In this document: positions 42,551 to 53,532 of the stretch, one piece after another | Layout: the number at the start of each line of letters is the position of its first letter | How positions within the stretch are numbered: position 1 is the stretch's first letter | Assembly: GCA_053919585.1 (NCBI GenBank) | Contig: JBSSHM010000333.1 | Length of the DNA: 55,933 nt | Source of the DNA: Euprymna scolopes | Lineage: Eukaryota | Direction: 5' to 3' (one strand) | Notes under the pieces: generated by a model | Database searches by the model: none | Seen by the model: only the letters and a program-made list of their open reading frames with translations | Told to the model about the DNA's origin: nothing | Position numbers and translations under genes: made by a program

Positions 42551-42579
42551 GTAGAGATACCATAAATAGATACCTATAC
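42551..42579. repeat. Degenerate single REP unit
   Basis: GTAGAGATACCATAAATAGATACCTATAC matches GTAGAGACGCCATAAATGGACGTCTCTAC at 22 of 29 positions. Confidence 0.6.
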
Positions 42580-42634
42580 AGAATCAACTGTCATACTGAT
42601 AAAAGGGAAACTTTATGGAATATCCTGTTGAGGA

Positions 42635-44974
42635 TTATTTCTGTAAACTTTTATAAACCTGCTCGAAGGTTGCCGGTGTCTGTAATTTAGCAATATTTTT
42701 TTCTTTATTTTGTGGGGCATAATGAGGTTGAGACTTTGCCGCACTGTAAATGGCATCTTTTATGGCAAGCCAAGCTGAAATAGCAAGCATCAAGGGTGGC
42801 TCACCTACTGCTTTTGAGCGAAAAATGGTGTCTTCTTTAGCCGTAAATTGTTGTTGGATTTTAATGCTAAAATGTTTGGGAATATCACTGACAGAAGGGA
42901 TTTTGTAGGTTGAAGATCCCGTTGTTAATAACTCACCAAGGTCATTATATTTCAATTCTTCCGTACATAACCAACCAAATCCTTGGGTATAAGCACCTAT
43001 AATCTGCCCTTTATCAATAGCTAGATTAATAGATTTACCCACATCATGCAAAATATCCACGGCAGTGAGTTTGTATTCCCCTGTAAGACAATCCAGTAAT
43101 ACCTCACTAACGGCTACCCCATAGGCATAGTAATAAAATGGGCGACCAATGGAGTTTTGTTCATCATAATGAACTTTAGGAGTTTTATAAAAACCATTAC
43201 TAAAAAGCTCCACACGATTCATATAGCATAGCTTGATAAACTCTGTAAATGCTATGCATTGCTTATCAATATTAACCTGACCCTCATCAAAGATAATTGA
43301 TACATCTTTCAAAGCAAAATATTGAGAAGCAAATTTTTGCATATTTTGCTTAATACGTTGACAGGCAATCTGTGCCGCTTTGCCATTTAAATCACAGCCT
43401 GATGAGGCGGCAGTTGCTGAGGTGTTGGGTATTTTAGCTGTGTTGGTTGCAGAAACTTTAACTTGTTCAATCGGTACAGAAAATTCACATGCAACAATAT
43501 GGGCTACTTTGGTTAAAAGCCCCTGCCCCATTTCAGTTCCACCGTGGTTTAAATAAATGCTCCCATCTTTATAAATATGCACCAATGCACCGGCTTGATT
43601 TAAAAATGTATTATTAAAGGAAATACCAAATTTAACTGGAGAAAAAGCTAAGCCTTTTTTAAATATTTGATTTGCATGATTAAATTTCTCAATCGTTTGT
43701 CGTCGCTGATGATAGTTTGAACTTTCCAGCAATTGTGAACTCAGTTGTTGAATAATATTATCTTCAACAGTTTGCTGATATGGAGTGGTATTATTGTGCG
43801 TTAGCTGATAGTAATTTCGTCGACGGATAATACTCGCATCTTCATTAAGGTATTGAGAAATTTCCTGCATGATATTTTCAATTGCTAGCATCCCTTGAGG
43901 ACCACCAAAACCACGAAAGGCAGTATTGGAATGCGTGTGTGTTTTACATAAAAATCCACGAAATTTCGCATGTGCAAAGTAATAGCAATTATCCGCATGC
44001 ATCAAGGCTCGAGACATAATAGCATGCGATAAGTCCAGCGAATAGCCGCAACGAGCATAATAATCTATCATCACCCCTGTTACTACACCATGATTATTGA
44101 AACCTACTTCATAATTCACTTGAAAATCGTGTCGTTTACCTGTCATCAAAAAATCTTCATAACGAGGTAGCTTTGCCTTCACTGGCAGTTGATATTTTCT
44201 TGCAATTAATGCACATAAGCAGGCAATTTGTGAGGCATTGGTTTCCTTGCCACCAAATCCTCCTCCCATGCGTCGAGTAATGACTTCAACAGAGTGCATT
44301 GGCACACCTAATACATCAGCAACAAGATGTTGCACCTCTGTGGGATTTTGTGTAGAGGAATGCACTATCATTTCATCTTTCTCCGAGGGGATAGCACAGG
44401 CATTTTGTGTCTCTAAATAAAAATGCTCTTGCCCACCAATGGATAATGCACCCGTTATTTTATGATCTGATTGGCTAATTGCTGTGTTGACATCACCAGT
44501 GCTGATTACCATCGGATCTTTAAAGTAACTTTGTTTATCAATTGCTTGCTGTATGGTTACAATTGGTTTTAATACTTCTATCTTAACTTGCACAGCAGCC
44601 GCAGCCTGCATAGCTTGTTGGTGAGTTTGGGCAACTACCACACACACAGCTTGACCATAAAATAATACCTCATCTTTAGCAAGCAATGGTTCATCACACG
44701 CTATAGGACCAATCATAAATTGCTGACACTCTTGTTCAATATCTTTTGCTGTTAAGATACTTTTTACTCCAAACATAGAACAGGCATGTTGAGCATCCAC
44801 GGAAATAATGCGACCATGTGCAATCTTGCTTAATACAAATGCTAAATGAAGCGTATTAGATGGAAAATTCTGATCATCAAGATATAAGGCTGAACCACTT
44901 ACATGCCCAATGGCACTCTCATGAGGAACAAAAGGAACAAGAGAATCGGCTTCTAGAGATGTTTTTTTCATCAT
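42635..44974 (-). CDS. xdhB: Xanthine dehydrogenase molybdopterin subunit
   Basis: GGQEHFYLE, RMGGGFGGKE, AFRGFGGPQG and SKAVGEPP motifs. Confidence 0.96.
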   Translation of the reverse strand: MMKKTSLEADSLVPFVPHESAIGHVSGSALYLDDQNFPSNTLHLAFVLSKIAHGRIISVDAQHACSMFGVKSILTAKDIEQECQQFMIGPIACDEPLLAKDEVLFYGQAVCVVVAQTHQQAMQAAAAVQVKIEVLKPIVTIQQAIDKQSYFKDPMVISTGDVNTAISQSDHKITGALSIGGQEHFYLETQNACAIPSEKDEMIVHSSTQNPTEVQHLVADVLGVPMHSVEVITRRMGGGFGGKETNASQIACLCALIARKYQLPVKAKLPRYEDFLMTGKRHDFQVNYEVGFNNHGVVTGVMIDYYARCGYSLDLSHAIMSRALMHADNCYYFAHAKFRGFLCKTHTHSNTAFRGFGGPQGMLAIENIMQEISQYLNEDASIIRRRNYYQLTHNNTTPYQQTVEDNIIQQLSSQLLESSNYHQRRQTIEKFNHANQIFKKGLAFSPVKFGISFNNTFLNQAGALVHIYKDGSIYLNHGGTEMGQGLLTKVAHIVACEFSVPIEQVKVSATNTAKIPNTSATAASSGCDLNGKAAQIACQRIKQNMQKFASQYFALKDVSIIFDEGQVNIDKQCIAFTEFIKLCYMNRVELFSNGFYKTPKVHYDEQNSIGRPFYYYAYGVAVSEVLLDCLTGEYKLTAVDILHDVGKSINLAIDKGQIIGAYTQGFGWLCTEELKYNDLGELLTTGSSTYKIPSVSDIPKHFSIKIQQQFTAKEDTIFRSKAVGEPPLMLAISAWLAIKDAIYSAAKSQPHYAPQNKEKNIAKLQTPATFEQVYKSLQK

Positions 44975-46443
44975 AGTTCTGAATCCGTTAATTGATTACT
45001 GTGTTGTAACAAGGCTCTTTGCACCAATGATGATGCCATATTTAGGCGATATTCTGCTTGGGCACGCACATCACTTAATGGTGTAAATTCTTCTTTAATG
45101 GATTCTAAGATATCAGTAGATAGTTTATTAATATACTGATAATCAAGTTCACGAATATTCACACCTTTGCATTGTGATATAAGCATTCTCATCAGCTTAT
45201 TCGCTTGCTTAGGTATTTCTTCCATACCAGCAAAAACCACGACAAAATCATGATTATTGTTCTCCTGAGAAGTGATCATCATTGCCATGCTCACAATAGA
45301 TATATCATCGGTAAAACGCTTGGATAATTTATGGGTATAAAAATGCTGATTAGCCTGTAATTTTGGAATAATAATACCTTGTATCCATTCTTTATTTTGC
45401 AAAGCGGTTTGCCGATAAGCTATGAAAAAGTCCTTAATTGCCATCTCTCTAGTTTGCTGCTCTTTTCTTAATAATAAACGAGCGTTTAAAGCAATAAAAA
45501 ATGGGGCTAAATCACCTATTGGTGATGCTGTAGCAATATTGCCACATAAGGTTGCATAATTACGAATTTGGGTACTGGCAAAACGATGTAAATACGCTTG
45601 ACTATGAGGAAAATATTTGATGATTAATGGCAATGCTTGATTAAGCGTAACACTTGCTCCAATATGTAATGCTTCAACCTCATCACTAATCATCGATAGC
45701 TCAGGCACATTTTGTAAACTAATGACTTGTTCCAGTTGTTTATTTTGCAAAAGTAAATCAGTCCCCCCGGCAATAATTTTAGCTTTGGAATAATCTGCAA
45801 TATATTGACTACATTGAGCAAGAGAAGTCGGACTAAAGAAAGTTGACATTGTTGACCCACTGGAGGACTCATCAGCAATAGATTTTTGTAATTCTTTTAG
45901 CCTAGTAATCATTTGCTGATTATTATAATTATCTTGATAGTTAGCTTTTTGTTTAATTGCTTGATAACAACTTTCAATAATTGGTTGATAACCTGTACAG
46001 CGACATAAATTACCACTCAATACTTTTTCTATTTCCTCTTGATTAACCTCATCATTTGCTTGATAATTAGTAAACCAAACATACATAGCCATCACAAAAC
46101 CTGGTGTACAATAACCACATTGTGATCCACTACAATTGATCATAGCCTGTTGTATGGGATGCAATTGATTAGGCTTAGCTATTCCCTCAATAGTGACTAA
46201 ACATTTACCTGCTAAGTTATGCACCAAGGTCATACAAGTATTAACACTCTTAAATAGCAAGCTATGTTCTGAATCAGCAAGCTCAATAACTACGGCTGTA
46301 CATGCTCCACAATCCCCTGAAGCACACCCCTCTTTTGTACCAATCAAACCTTGATTTCGTAAAAAATGTAAAGCAGTCGTATTCACATCAACCATTGATA
46401 AATCCACAGCTTGCTCTTGTTGGTTTAGTAAAAATTTAGCCAT
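44971..46443 (-). CDS. xdhA: Xanthine dehydrogenase 2Fe-2S/FAD subunit
   Basis: GTKEGCASGDCGAC, SQCGYCTPGF, GNLCRCTGY and AGGTDL motifs. Confidence 0.96.
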   Translation of the reverse strand: MAKFLLNQQEQAVDLSMVDVNTTALHFLRNQGLIGTKEGCASGDCGACTAVVIELADSEHSLLFKSVNTCMTLVHNLAGKCLVTIEGIAKPNQLHPIQQAMINCSGSQCGYCTPGFVMAMYVWFTNYQANDEVNQEEIEKVLSGNLCRCTGYQPIIESCYQAIKQKANYQDNYNNQQMITRLKELQKSIADESSSGSTMSTFFSPTSLAQCSQYIADYSKAKIIAGGTDLLLQNKQLEQVISLQNVPELSMISDEVEALHIGASVTLNQALPLIIKYFPHSQAYLHRFASTQIRNYATLCGNIATASPIGDLAPFFIALNARLLLRKEQQTREMAIKDFFIAYRQTALQNKEWIQGIIIPKLQANQHFYTHKLSKRFTDDISIVSMAMMITSQENNNHDFVVVFAGMEEIPKQANKLMRMLISQCKGVNIRELDYQYINKLSTDILESIKEEFTPLSDVRAQAEYRLNMASSLVQRALLQHSNQLTDSEL

Positions 46444-46445
46444 GC

Positions 46446-46793
46446 CTAACTGCCTCGATAGGTTGAGTAGCCATAGGGAGAAAGAAGCAAGGGAATATGA
46501 TAATTTTCCTCGCTATTTTCTATATAAAAACGTATCACAATTTCTTTAAAAAAATAATCATGTACGCCATGTTTATGAAAATACGACTCAACTTCAAAAA
46601 CCAATTCATAAGTGACTTGTCGTATAGATTGCTTATCTAATAAAGGCGCATCACAACGACCGTCTTTGTTTGTTATGATTGAATTTATTTTTGTCTTATC
46701 TCCATCCTCAAAAATTTGATATAAATGTATTACCAATCCTTCTGATGGTTTACCACGCATGGTATCAAGAACATGAGTAGAAAGTTTTGCCAT
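46446..46793 (-). CDS. uraH: 5-hydroxyisourate hydrolase
   Basis: LSTHVLD, DGR and C-terminal YHIPLLLSPYGYSTYRGS. Confidence 0.96.
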   Translation of the reverse strand: MAKLSTHVLDTMRGKPSEGLVIHLYQIFEDGDKTKINSIITNKDGRCDAPLLDKQSIRQVTYELVFEVESYFHKHGVHDYFFKEIVIRFYIENSEENYHIPLLLSPYGYSTYRGS

Positions 46794-46803
46794 AATCTAC
46801 TTT

Positions 46804-48117
46804 TTATTGTATTTTTATCTCTTCACCTAAAAGATAGACTTTATCAACTAAGCGGTCATCACCAAGCGTTATTAACGTAAAGAGAAGTTCTTCAATAGTT
46901 TGATCAGGTTGTATTCTCTCATAAATTAAGGGAGTAGCTTGTAAATTTAACGCCACAAAATCTGCCTCTTTACCCTTTTCAAAATTACCTAAACAATGTT
47001 CTAAATTAAGTACTTTTGATGCACCTAATGTGCATAAATATAATGCTTTGATGCTATCTAATTTATACCCTTGTAATGCTCCTATTTTATACGCTTCATT
47101 CATCGCTTTAAATAATGAAAAACTATCACCACCACCCACATCACTTGCAATCGCATAGGGTATATTATGCTCATCTAATCGTTGCATATTAAATAAGCCA
47201 CTTCCTAAAAACAAATTTGAAGTTGGACAAAGTGCAATTTTTGAACCACTTTCTGCCATACGCTTAAACTCTTCATTCTCACAATAAATACAATGCCCAA
47301 AAACAGAATTTTCACCTGATAGATGATGTTTATCATAAATATCAAAGTAATTCTCATATTGTGAGTAAAGCTCTTTTGCCCGACTAATTTCATCTGTGTT
47401 CTCATTTAGATGAGTTTGCATTCTTACCCCATCTTTTGCCTGACTGCCTCCGTTATATTCTCGCATTAGCCGTGCTGCCATGGATAGCTGACTGGATGAA
47501 CTAGTTAAAGCAAAACGTGGCGAAACGCTATAGAGCAGTCGATTTTTATTATGCCATTTCTCAATGAGTTTTTTAGACTGATTGTAGCTACTCTCAACAC
47601 TATCGCATAAAGACTCTGGAGCATGACTATCCATCATCATCTTACCACCTAGCATACGCATCCCATATTTTTGGGCAATATCGAAAAATGCTTCCACTGA
47701 TTGGCTGTGTGAGGTGCAAAAAGACATAGCTGTTGTAGTGCCATTACGTAATAATTCTGTAAAAAACAATTCTGCAATATGTTTAGCATAGTCCTCTTGA
47801 TGAAATTTCTGCTCTTCAACAAAAGTATAATCATTTAGCCATTGTAATAAAGTTTTACCAAAACTTGCAATAACCTTATATTGTGGATAATGCACGTGAG
47901 CATCAATCAATCCAGGAATAATTAAATGGTGTGGAAAGTTTTGCAATTTTTTTTGCAAAACTTCTTGAGGAAATTGATGACAAAGCACATCGTAATCACC
48001 TATTTCTAAGACTTTACCCTCATTAATAACGAGCAATCCATCGGCGTAATACTCACCTTGAATGCTCCCATTTTTTTCAACACAATGAAATAATGAACTA
48101 CGATAAAACTGCATCAC
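46804..48117 (-). CDS. guaD: Guanine deaminase
   Basis: PGLIDAHVHYPQ, PRFA, QTHLNE, CPTSNLFLGSG and SDVGGG motifs. Confidence 0.96.
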   Translation of the reverse strand: MMQFYRSSLFHCVEKNGSIQGEYYADGLLVINEGKVLEIGDYDVLCHQFPQEVLQKKLQNFPHHLIIPGLIDAHVHYPQYKVIASFGKTLLQWLNDYTFVEEQKFHQEDYAKHIAELFFTELLRNGTTTAMSFCTSHSQSVEAFFDIAQKYGMRMLGGKMMMDSHAPESLCDSVESSYNQSKKLIEKWHNKNRLLYSVSPRFALTSSSSQLSMAARLMREYNGGSQAKDGVRMQTHLNENTDEISRAKELYSQYENYFDIYDKHHLSGENSVFGHCIYCENEEFKRMAESGSKIALCPTSNLFLGSGLFNMQRLDEHNIPYAIASDVGGGDSFSLFKAMNEAYKIGALQGYKLDSIKALYLCTLGASKVLNLEHCLGNFEKGKEADFVALNLQATPLIYERIQPDQTIEELLFTLITLGDDRLVDKVYLLGEEIKIQ

Positions 48118-49298
48118 TTCCCTACATTATTTTGATACCATAGCTGTAAAATGTGACGCTCCCCGTCGGTCATATTCGTGATATTTTTTGGTGGCATGAC
48201 TTTACTCCTCACTGCATATTGATAAATCTTTTCTCTATTTTTTTTAATCCATACATCGTTATTGAGCATCAAACCAAGTGGCGGATAAGCAAATCCTACC
48301 TGACTGGGTTTTGAGCTATGACAACTCACACAACGCTGATTAATTACTTGTCGAACTTGACTAAAATCTATAGGTGTATTATCTTGCTTAAGTTGTTGCG
48401 TAGGAGCCATTATCACAATAAGTCCAATAATTAATATACTCACTAATGATACTTCTTTGCGAAAAGTCTTACCTTTTCCTCGCAAATTAAAAATATGCCT
48501 AATTAATACGGCAATAATCACCACAGCCAATACTGTCCAATAAAAGTGATTGTTACTATATAAATGTGGATAATGTCCGCTAATCATCATGGCTATGACG
48601 GGTAAAGTAAAATAGTTATTGTGCCGAGAACGATAATAACCCTTCAATCGAAACCTTGGACTCACCTCTATTTGTTTATCACAGGCTTTAACCAATTTTT
48701 TTTGCATAGGAATAATGACAAAAAACACATTTGCTACCATGATTGTTCCCATCATTGATCCTATTTGGATAAGCACTGCTTTGGGTAAAAAAACTAAGCT
48801 ATATAAATAAGTAAAAACAAGCACTAATGCAAATAAAATTGCCACAAAAACTAATGGATATCGTGGCACACCCAAACGACACATACCATCATAAATAAGC
48901 CACCCACCTACTAGACCTAAAGCACTGACTACTACCGCATACGTGGGTGAAAGAGTAATAAGTGATGAGGATGAAAGCAAATAAAGATCGGCATTAAGAT
49001 AATATAAAAATACCAATAAAGAGAAGCCTGAGAGCCATGTAATATAAGCTTCCCATTTAAACCAGTGTAAATTTTCAGGTTGCTTATCTGGATAAGATTG
49101 ATATTTTTCTACATAATAATAACCACCACCATGTACAGCCCATAAACTACCAGCAATACCCTTTCTCTGATGTTGTCGCTGTAGTTTATTTTCTAACCAA
49201 TTAAAATAAAATGATGAGCCTATCCAAGCAATTCCAACAATAACATGTAGAAACCGCAATAAGAAGCTCAGCCAATCACTAAGATAAACAAGAAACAT
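48114..49298 (-). CDS. puuD: Membrane urate oxidase PuuD (DUF989 + cytochrome c)
   Basis: HVIVGIAWIGSSFYF, LHWFKWEAY, SRHNNYFTLPV; C-terminal CVSCH heme motif with MPP. Confidence 0.93.
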   Translation of the reverse strand: MFLVYLSDWLSFLLRFLHVIVGIAWIGSSFYFNWLENKLQRQHQRKGIAGSLWAVHGGGYYYVEKYQSYPDKQPENLHWFKWEAYITWLSGFSLLVFLYYLNADLYLLSSSSLITLSPTYAVVVSALGLVGGWLIYDGMCRLGVPRYPLVFVAILFALVLVFTYLYSLVFLPKAVLIQIGSMMGTIMVANVFFVIIPMQKKLVKACDKQIEVSPRFRLKGYYRSRHNNYFTLPVIAMMISGHYPHLYSNNHFYWTVLAVVIIAVLIRHIFNLRGKGKTFRKEVSLVSILIIGLIVIMAPTQQLKQDNTPIDFSQVRQVINQRCVSCHSSKPSQVGFAYPPLGLMLNNDVWIKKNREKIYQYAVRSKVMPPKNITNMTDGERHILQLWYQNNVGK

Positions 49299-49351
49299 AA
49301 AAGATAGTTATTTACTCTTAGGTGGTTTGTATAAAAAAAAGTTCAATCATA

Positions 49352-49876
49352 CTACGGTGATGCGTACAACATCTGTAGCCTTAACCAAGCAATTTGATTA
49401 ATTTGCTCTAAAGCAATTTGAATTTCTACTTCCCTATCGTTAGGTAAACGTTGCTCAAAAGCCTCAATTATTTCCTTTTTTGTCTTATTCCTAACTGCCA
49501 TAATAAAATCAAAGCTATTTTTTTTATAGTAGTAATCATTTAGATACTGAATATAGGATAATTCTTCTTCTGAACAATTGGTTAATCCCGCTAAATACTG
49601 TTCATTACTAGAATAACTACTTAACTCTCCCTTCTGAGCTTTTTTCCCTGCAAGAGGAGGATGTGCAAGAATCAATTTCATTTTACATTCATTATCAGCT
49701 TGCATTATTGTTTGACACAAGAGATGATGAAAATCAATAATACTTTCATATTTATCACTTGCATAAACTTCCCAAAAACATCGCTTGACTACCCATACAG
49801 AATTTTCATACAATTGACCAAAAGAGTCGATATATAGTGCTTGAGAATGTTGAGCAATTTGATAGGGGCTACGCAT
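49352..49876 (-). CDS. uraD: OHCU decarboxylase
   Basis: YENSVWV, LILAHPPLAG, SSNEQ..AGL and QIAWLRL motifs; first gene of the purine operon. Confidence 0.9.
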   Translation of the reverse strand: MRSPYQIAQHSQALYIDSFGQLYENSVWVVKRCFWEVYASDKYESIIDFHHLLCQTIMQADNECKMKLILAHPPLAGKKAQKGELSSYSSNEQYLAGLTNCSEEELSYIQYLNDYYYKKNSFDFIMAVRNKTKKEIIEAFEQRLPNDREVEIQIALEQINQIAWLRLQMLYASP

Positions 49877-50137
49877 AGTATTGTGGATACGGTGATAGAG
49901 ATTTAGTTAACTAAAAATAACATACCATTTCACCACTTATGAGGCACAATATTATTTATATTTTATGAGGAGTGTGTTCAACTGATAATCAGCTTCCATC
50001 TTTCATCTTTAAAATCCACTACAATATTATATATATGTTTATATATAATGGAACGCTAGCCTACATAAAAACTACGTTAACCTTTAACTTTAGTAAAACA
50101 CCAAATAATATAATTAGTCAATTATATACTGATTACT

Positions 50138-51340
50138 ATGAAATTAATAAGACAAGCCAAGCACAATAATCTACTTTTATTACTGTTTCTAACGCTAACA
50201 TTTTATAGCGTTGGATCACAATCTGGACCCGGATTTTGTGTTAATCTCACACAAATAAATAACGACTATTTTGAAGAAAGTATTGGTATGGTATGGCATC
50301 CTACTCGAGAAAAATGGTTAGTATGGGAAAAAAAAGGAGATATATACCTACTTAATCCTGCCAATGGTGTTAGTGCCAAAATAGCCAGTTTAACAAAAGA
50401 TATTGACTTGCGAGGAGATGGTGGCCTACTATCCATGGCTATTCATCCTCAATACCCTGATAAGCCATTCATCTTTATTAGTCGCACCATTATATATGAA
50501 AATGCTCGAATGCTGGTGTTAGAAAAATATATCTTAGATAACTATGATATTATTGAGAGAACAAAAAGAGTCCTTTTACGAACAGTTATTGTTGGTACAG
50601 ATAATACTGCTGGCTATCTTGCTTTTGATTTACTTGGTAATCTCTTATTTTCTATCGGTGATGGCAGAAATGAGGAAAGCACTATCCCAACTAGTGCTAC
50701 TAATCCTGAAACCCTCCCTGGATCCTTACTACGCCTTGATGTAGATAGCCATCATAGCAAAGCCTTGCCTGCTCAAAACAATCCTTTTTCAGAACTTCTT
50801 GATGGTGCCGTAGAAAATTATGCTTATGGATTTAAAAATCCTAATCGAGTGACAGTTGATAGTTTAACAGGAGACATATGGCTATCAGATTCTGGACGTA
50901 AAACAGCTGGAGAAATTAACTTCATCCTACCAAAATTCTTTTATGGATGGGCCTGTCGAGATGGAGTTAAAGCAACAAGAGCCATGTCTACAATAGAATG
51001 CAGAGAAGCTACTTCATTAGAGAGTTTTCCTACTTTTGAATACAGTACACGAGTTGGAGTTCAAGCCATTGGGGGGTACATTTACAGAGGGCAAAAGAAT
51101 GAAAACTGGTATGGTCGCTATTTCTTTGCTGATTATGGTAATGGGGCAATATGGAGTGCAGTTCCAAGAGACAATCGACGATTCGCTGCTCTAACTCTTG
51201 CTTACAATGGTCAGCAAATCATTCCGATGTCCTTTGCACAAGATCATAAAAAAGAACTCTTCTTGGTGGATTATCAAGGAAGAACCTTCTCAATGCATGA
51301 TAGAGAATGCCAAGTTCCCCAAAAAATACTCACAAAGTAA
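50138..51340 (+). CDS. Secreted PQQ-dependent sugar dehydrogenase (GSDH)-family beta-propeller
   Basis: Signal peptide; GLLSMAIHP, FSIGDG, AYGFKNP, EIN, GGYIYRG, YFFADY motifs. Confidence 0.8.
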   Translation: MKLIRQAKHNNLLLLLFLTLTFYSVGSQSGPGFCVNLTQINNDYFEESIGMVWHPTREKWLVWEKKGDIYLLNPANGVSAKIASLTKDIDLRGDGGLLSMAIHPQYPDKPFIFISRTIIYENARMLVLEKYILDNYDIIERTKRVLLRTVIVGTDNTAGYLAFDLLGNLLFSIGDGRNEESTIPTSATNPETLPGSLLRLDVDSHHSKALPAQNNPFSELLDGAVENYAYGFKNPNRVTVDSLTGDIWLSDSGRKTAGEINFILPKFFYGWACRDGVKATRAMSTIECREATSLESFPTFEYSTRVGVQAIGGYIYRGQKNENWYGRYFFADYGNGAIWSAVPRDNRRFAALTLAYNGQQIIPMSFAQDHKKELFLVDYQGRTFSMHDRECQVPQKILTK

Positions 51341-51436
51341 AGAACATCAAAAAGAGAATAGAGAAACAATCCCACTCAAATAAAAGCCGGTAGATATGGG
51401 ATTACTACTGTGTAACCTCTTCTAAACTAAGATTTC

Positions 51437-51865
51437 TTAATTTAGACTTCTCTCTTTCTGCTCTAATTGATTTTTTGCCTGTATACATAAATCTGAGGTA
51501 GGACGGGCATCAAGTCGTTCAATGCCAATTTCATCACCAGTAATTTTACAATAGCCATAATCTCCAAACTCAATACGCATAAGCGCTTCATCAATTTTTT
51601 TAAGTAACTTATATTCCCGTCCTCGAGTCTTTAACTCAATGCTCAAGCTATGTTCTTGGCTTGCTCTATCTAAAGAATCTGTTACTTGAGATTCTTCCTC
51701 CCTTATGGAACGCATTGTTCCATCTATCTCATCTTGAATCAATCCTTTCCAAGCAATCAATTTGTTTTTAAAATGCTCAATCTGATCAACATTCATATAC
51801 GATTCATCATCAGATTTAGGACGATAATTTGGTAGATCTTCTAAAGATTTAACATGTTTTTGCAT
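51437..51865 (-). CDS. dksA: RNA polymerase-binding protein DksA (two-Cys type)
   Basis: Coiled-coil tip DSLDRA; YGYCKITGDEIGIERLDARPTSDLCIQAK. Confidence 0.95.
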   Translation of the reverse strand: MQKHVKSLEDLPNYRPKSDDESYMNVDQIEHFKNKLIAWKGLIQDEIDGTMRSIREEESQVTDSLDRASQEHSLSIELKTRGREYKLLKKIDEALMRIEFGDYGYCKITGDEIGIERLDARPTSDLCIQAKNQLEQKERSLN

Positions 51866-51909
51866 ATTCTTATACCATTAAATAACTACCCTAATAAATT
51901 TATAAACTT

Positions 51910-51939
51910 GGCATTTCTCTCTCAAAAGAAAGAAATGCC
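51910..51939 (-). terminator. Hairpin between ilvC and dksA
   Basis: GGCATTTCT...AGAAATGCC inverted repeat just past the ilvC stop; U-tract weak. Confidence 0.4.
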
Positions 51940-51949
51940 TTCATACATA

Positions 51950-53498
<1,549 letters not shown>

Positions 53499-53532
53499 TT
53501 GTAGTGTCTTGCGTAAATCAGATTGTTGAATA

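Noticed and set aside
49972-50169. 65-aa ORF
   Set aside because: AT-rich divergent promoter region, GTG start, overlaps the GSDH start, no motifs.
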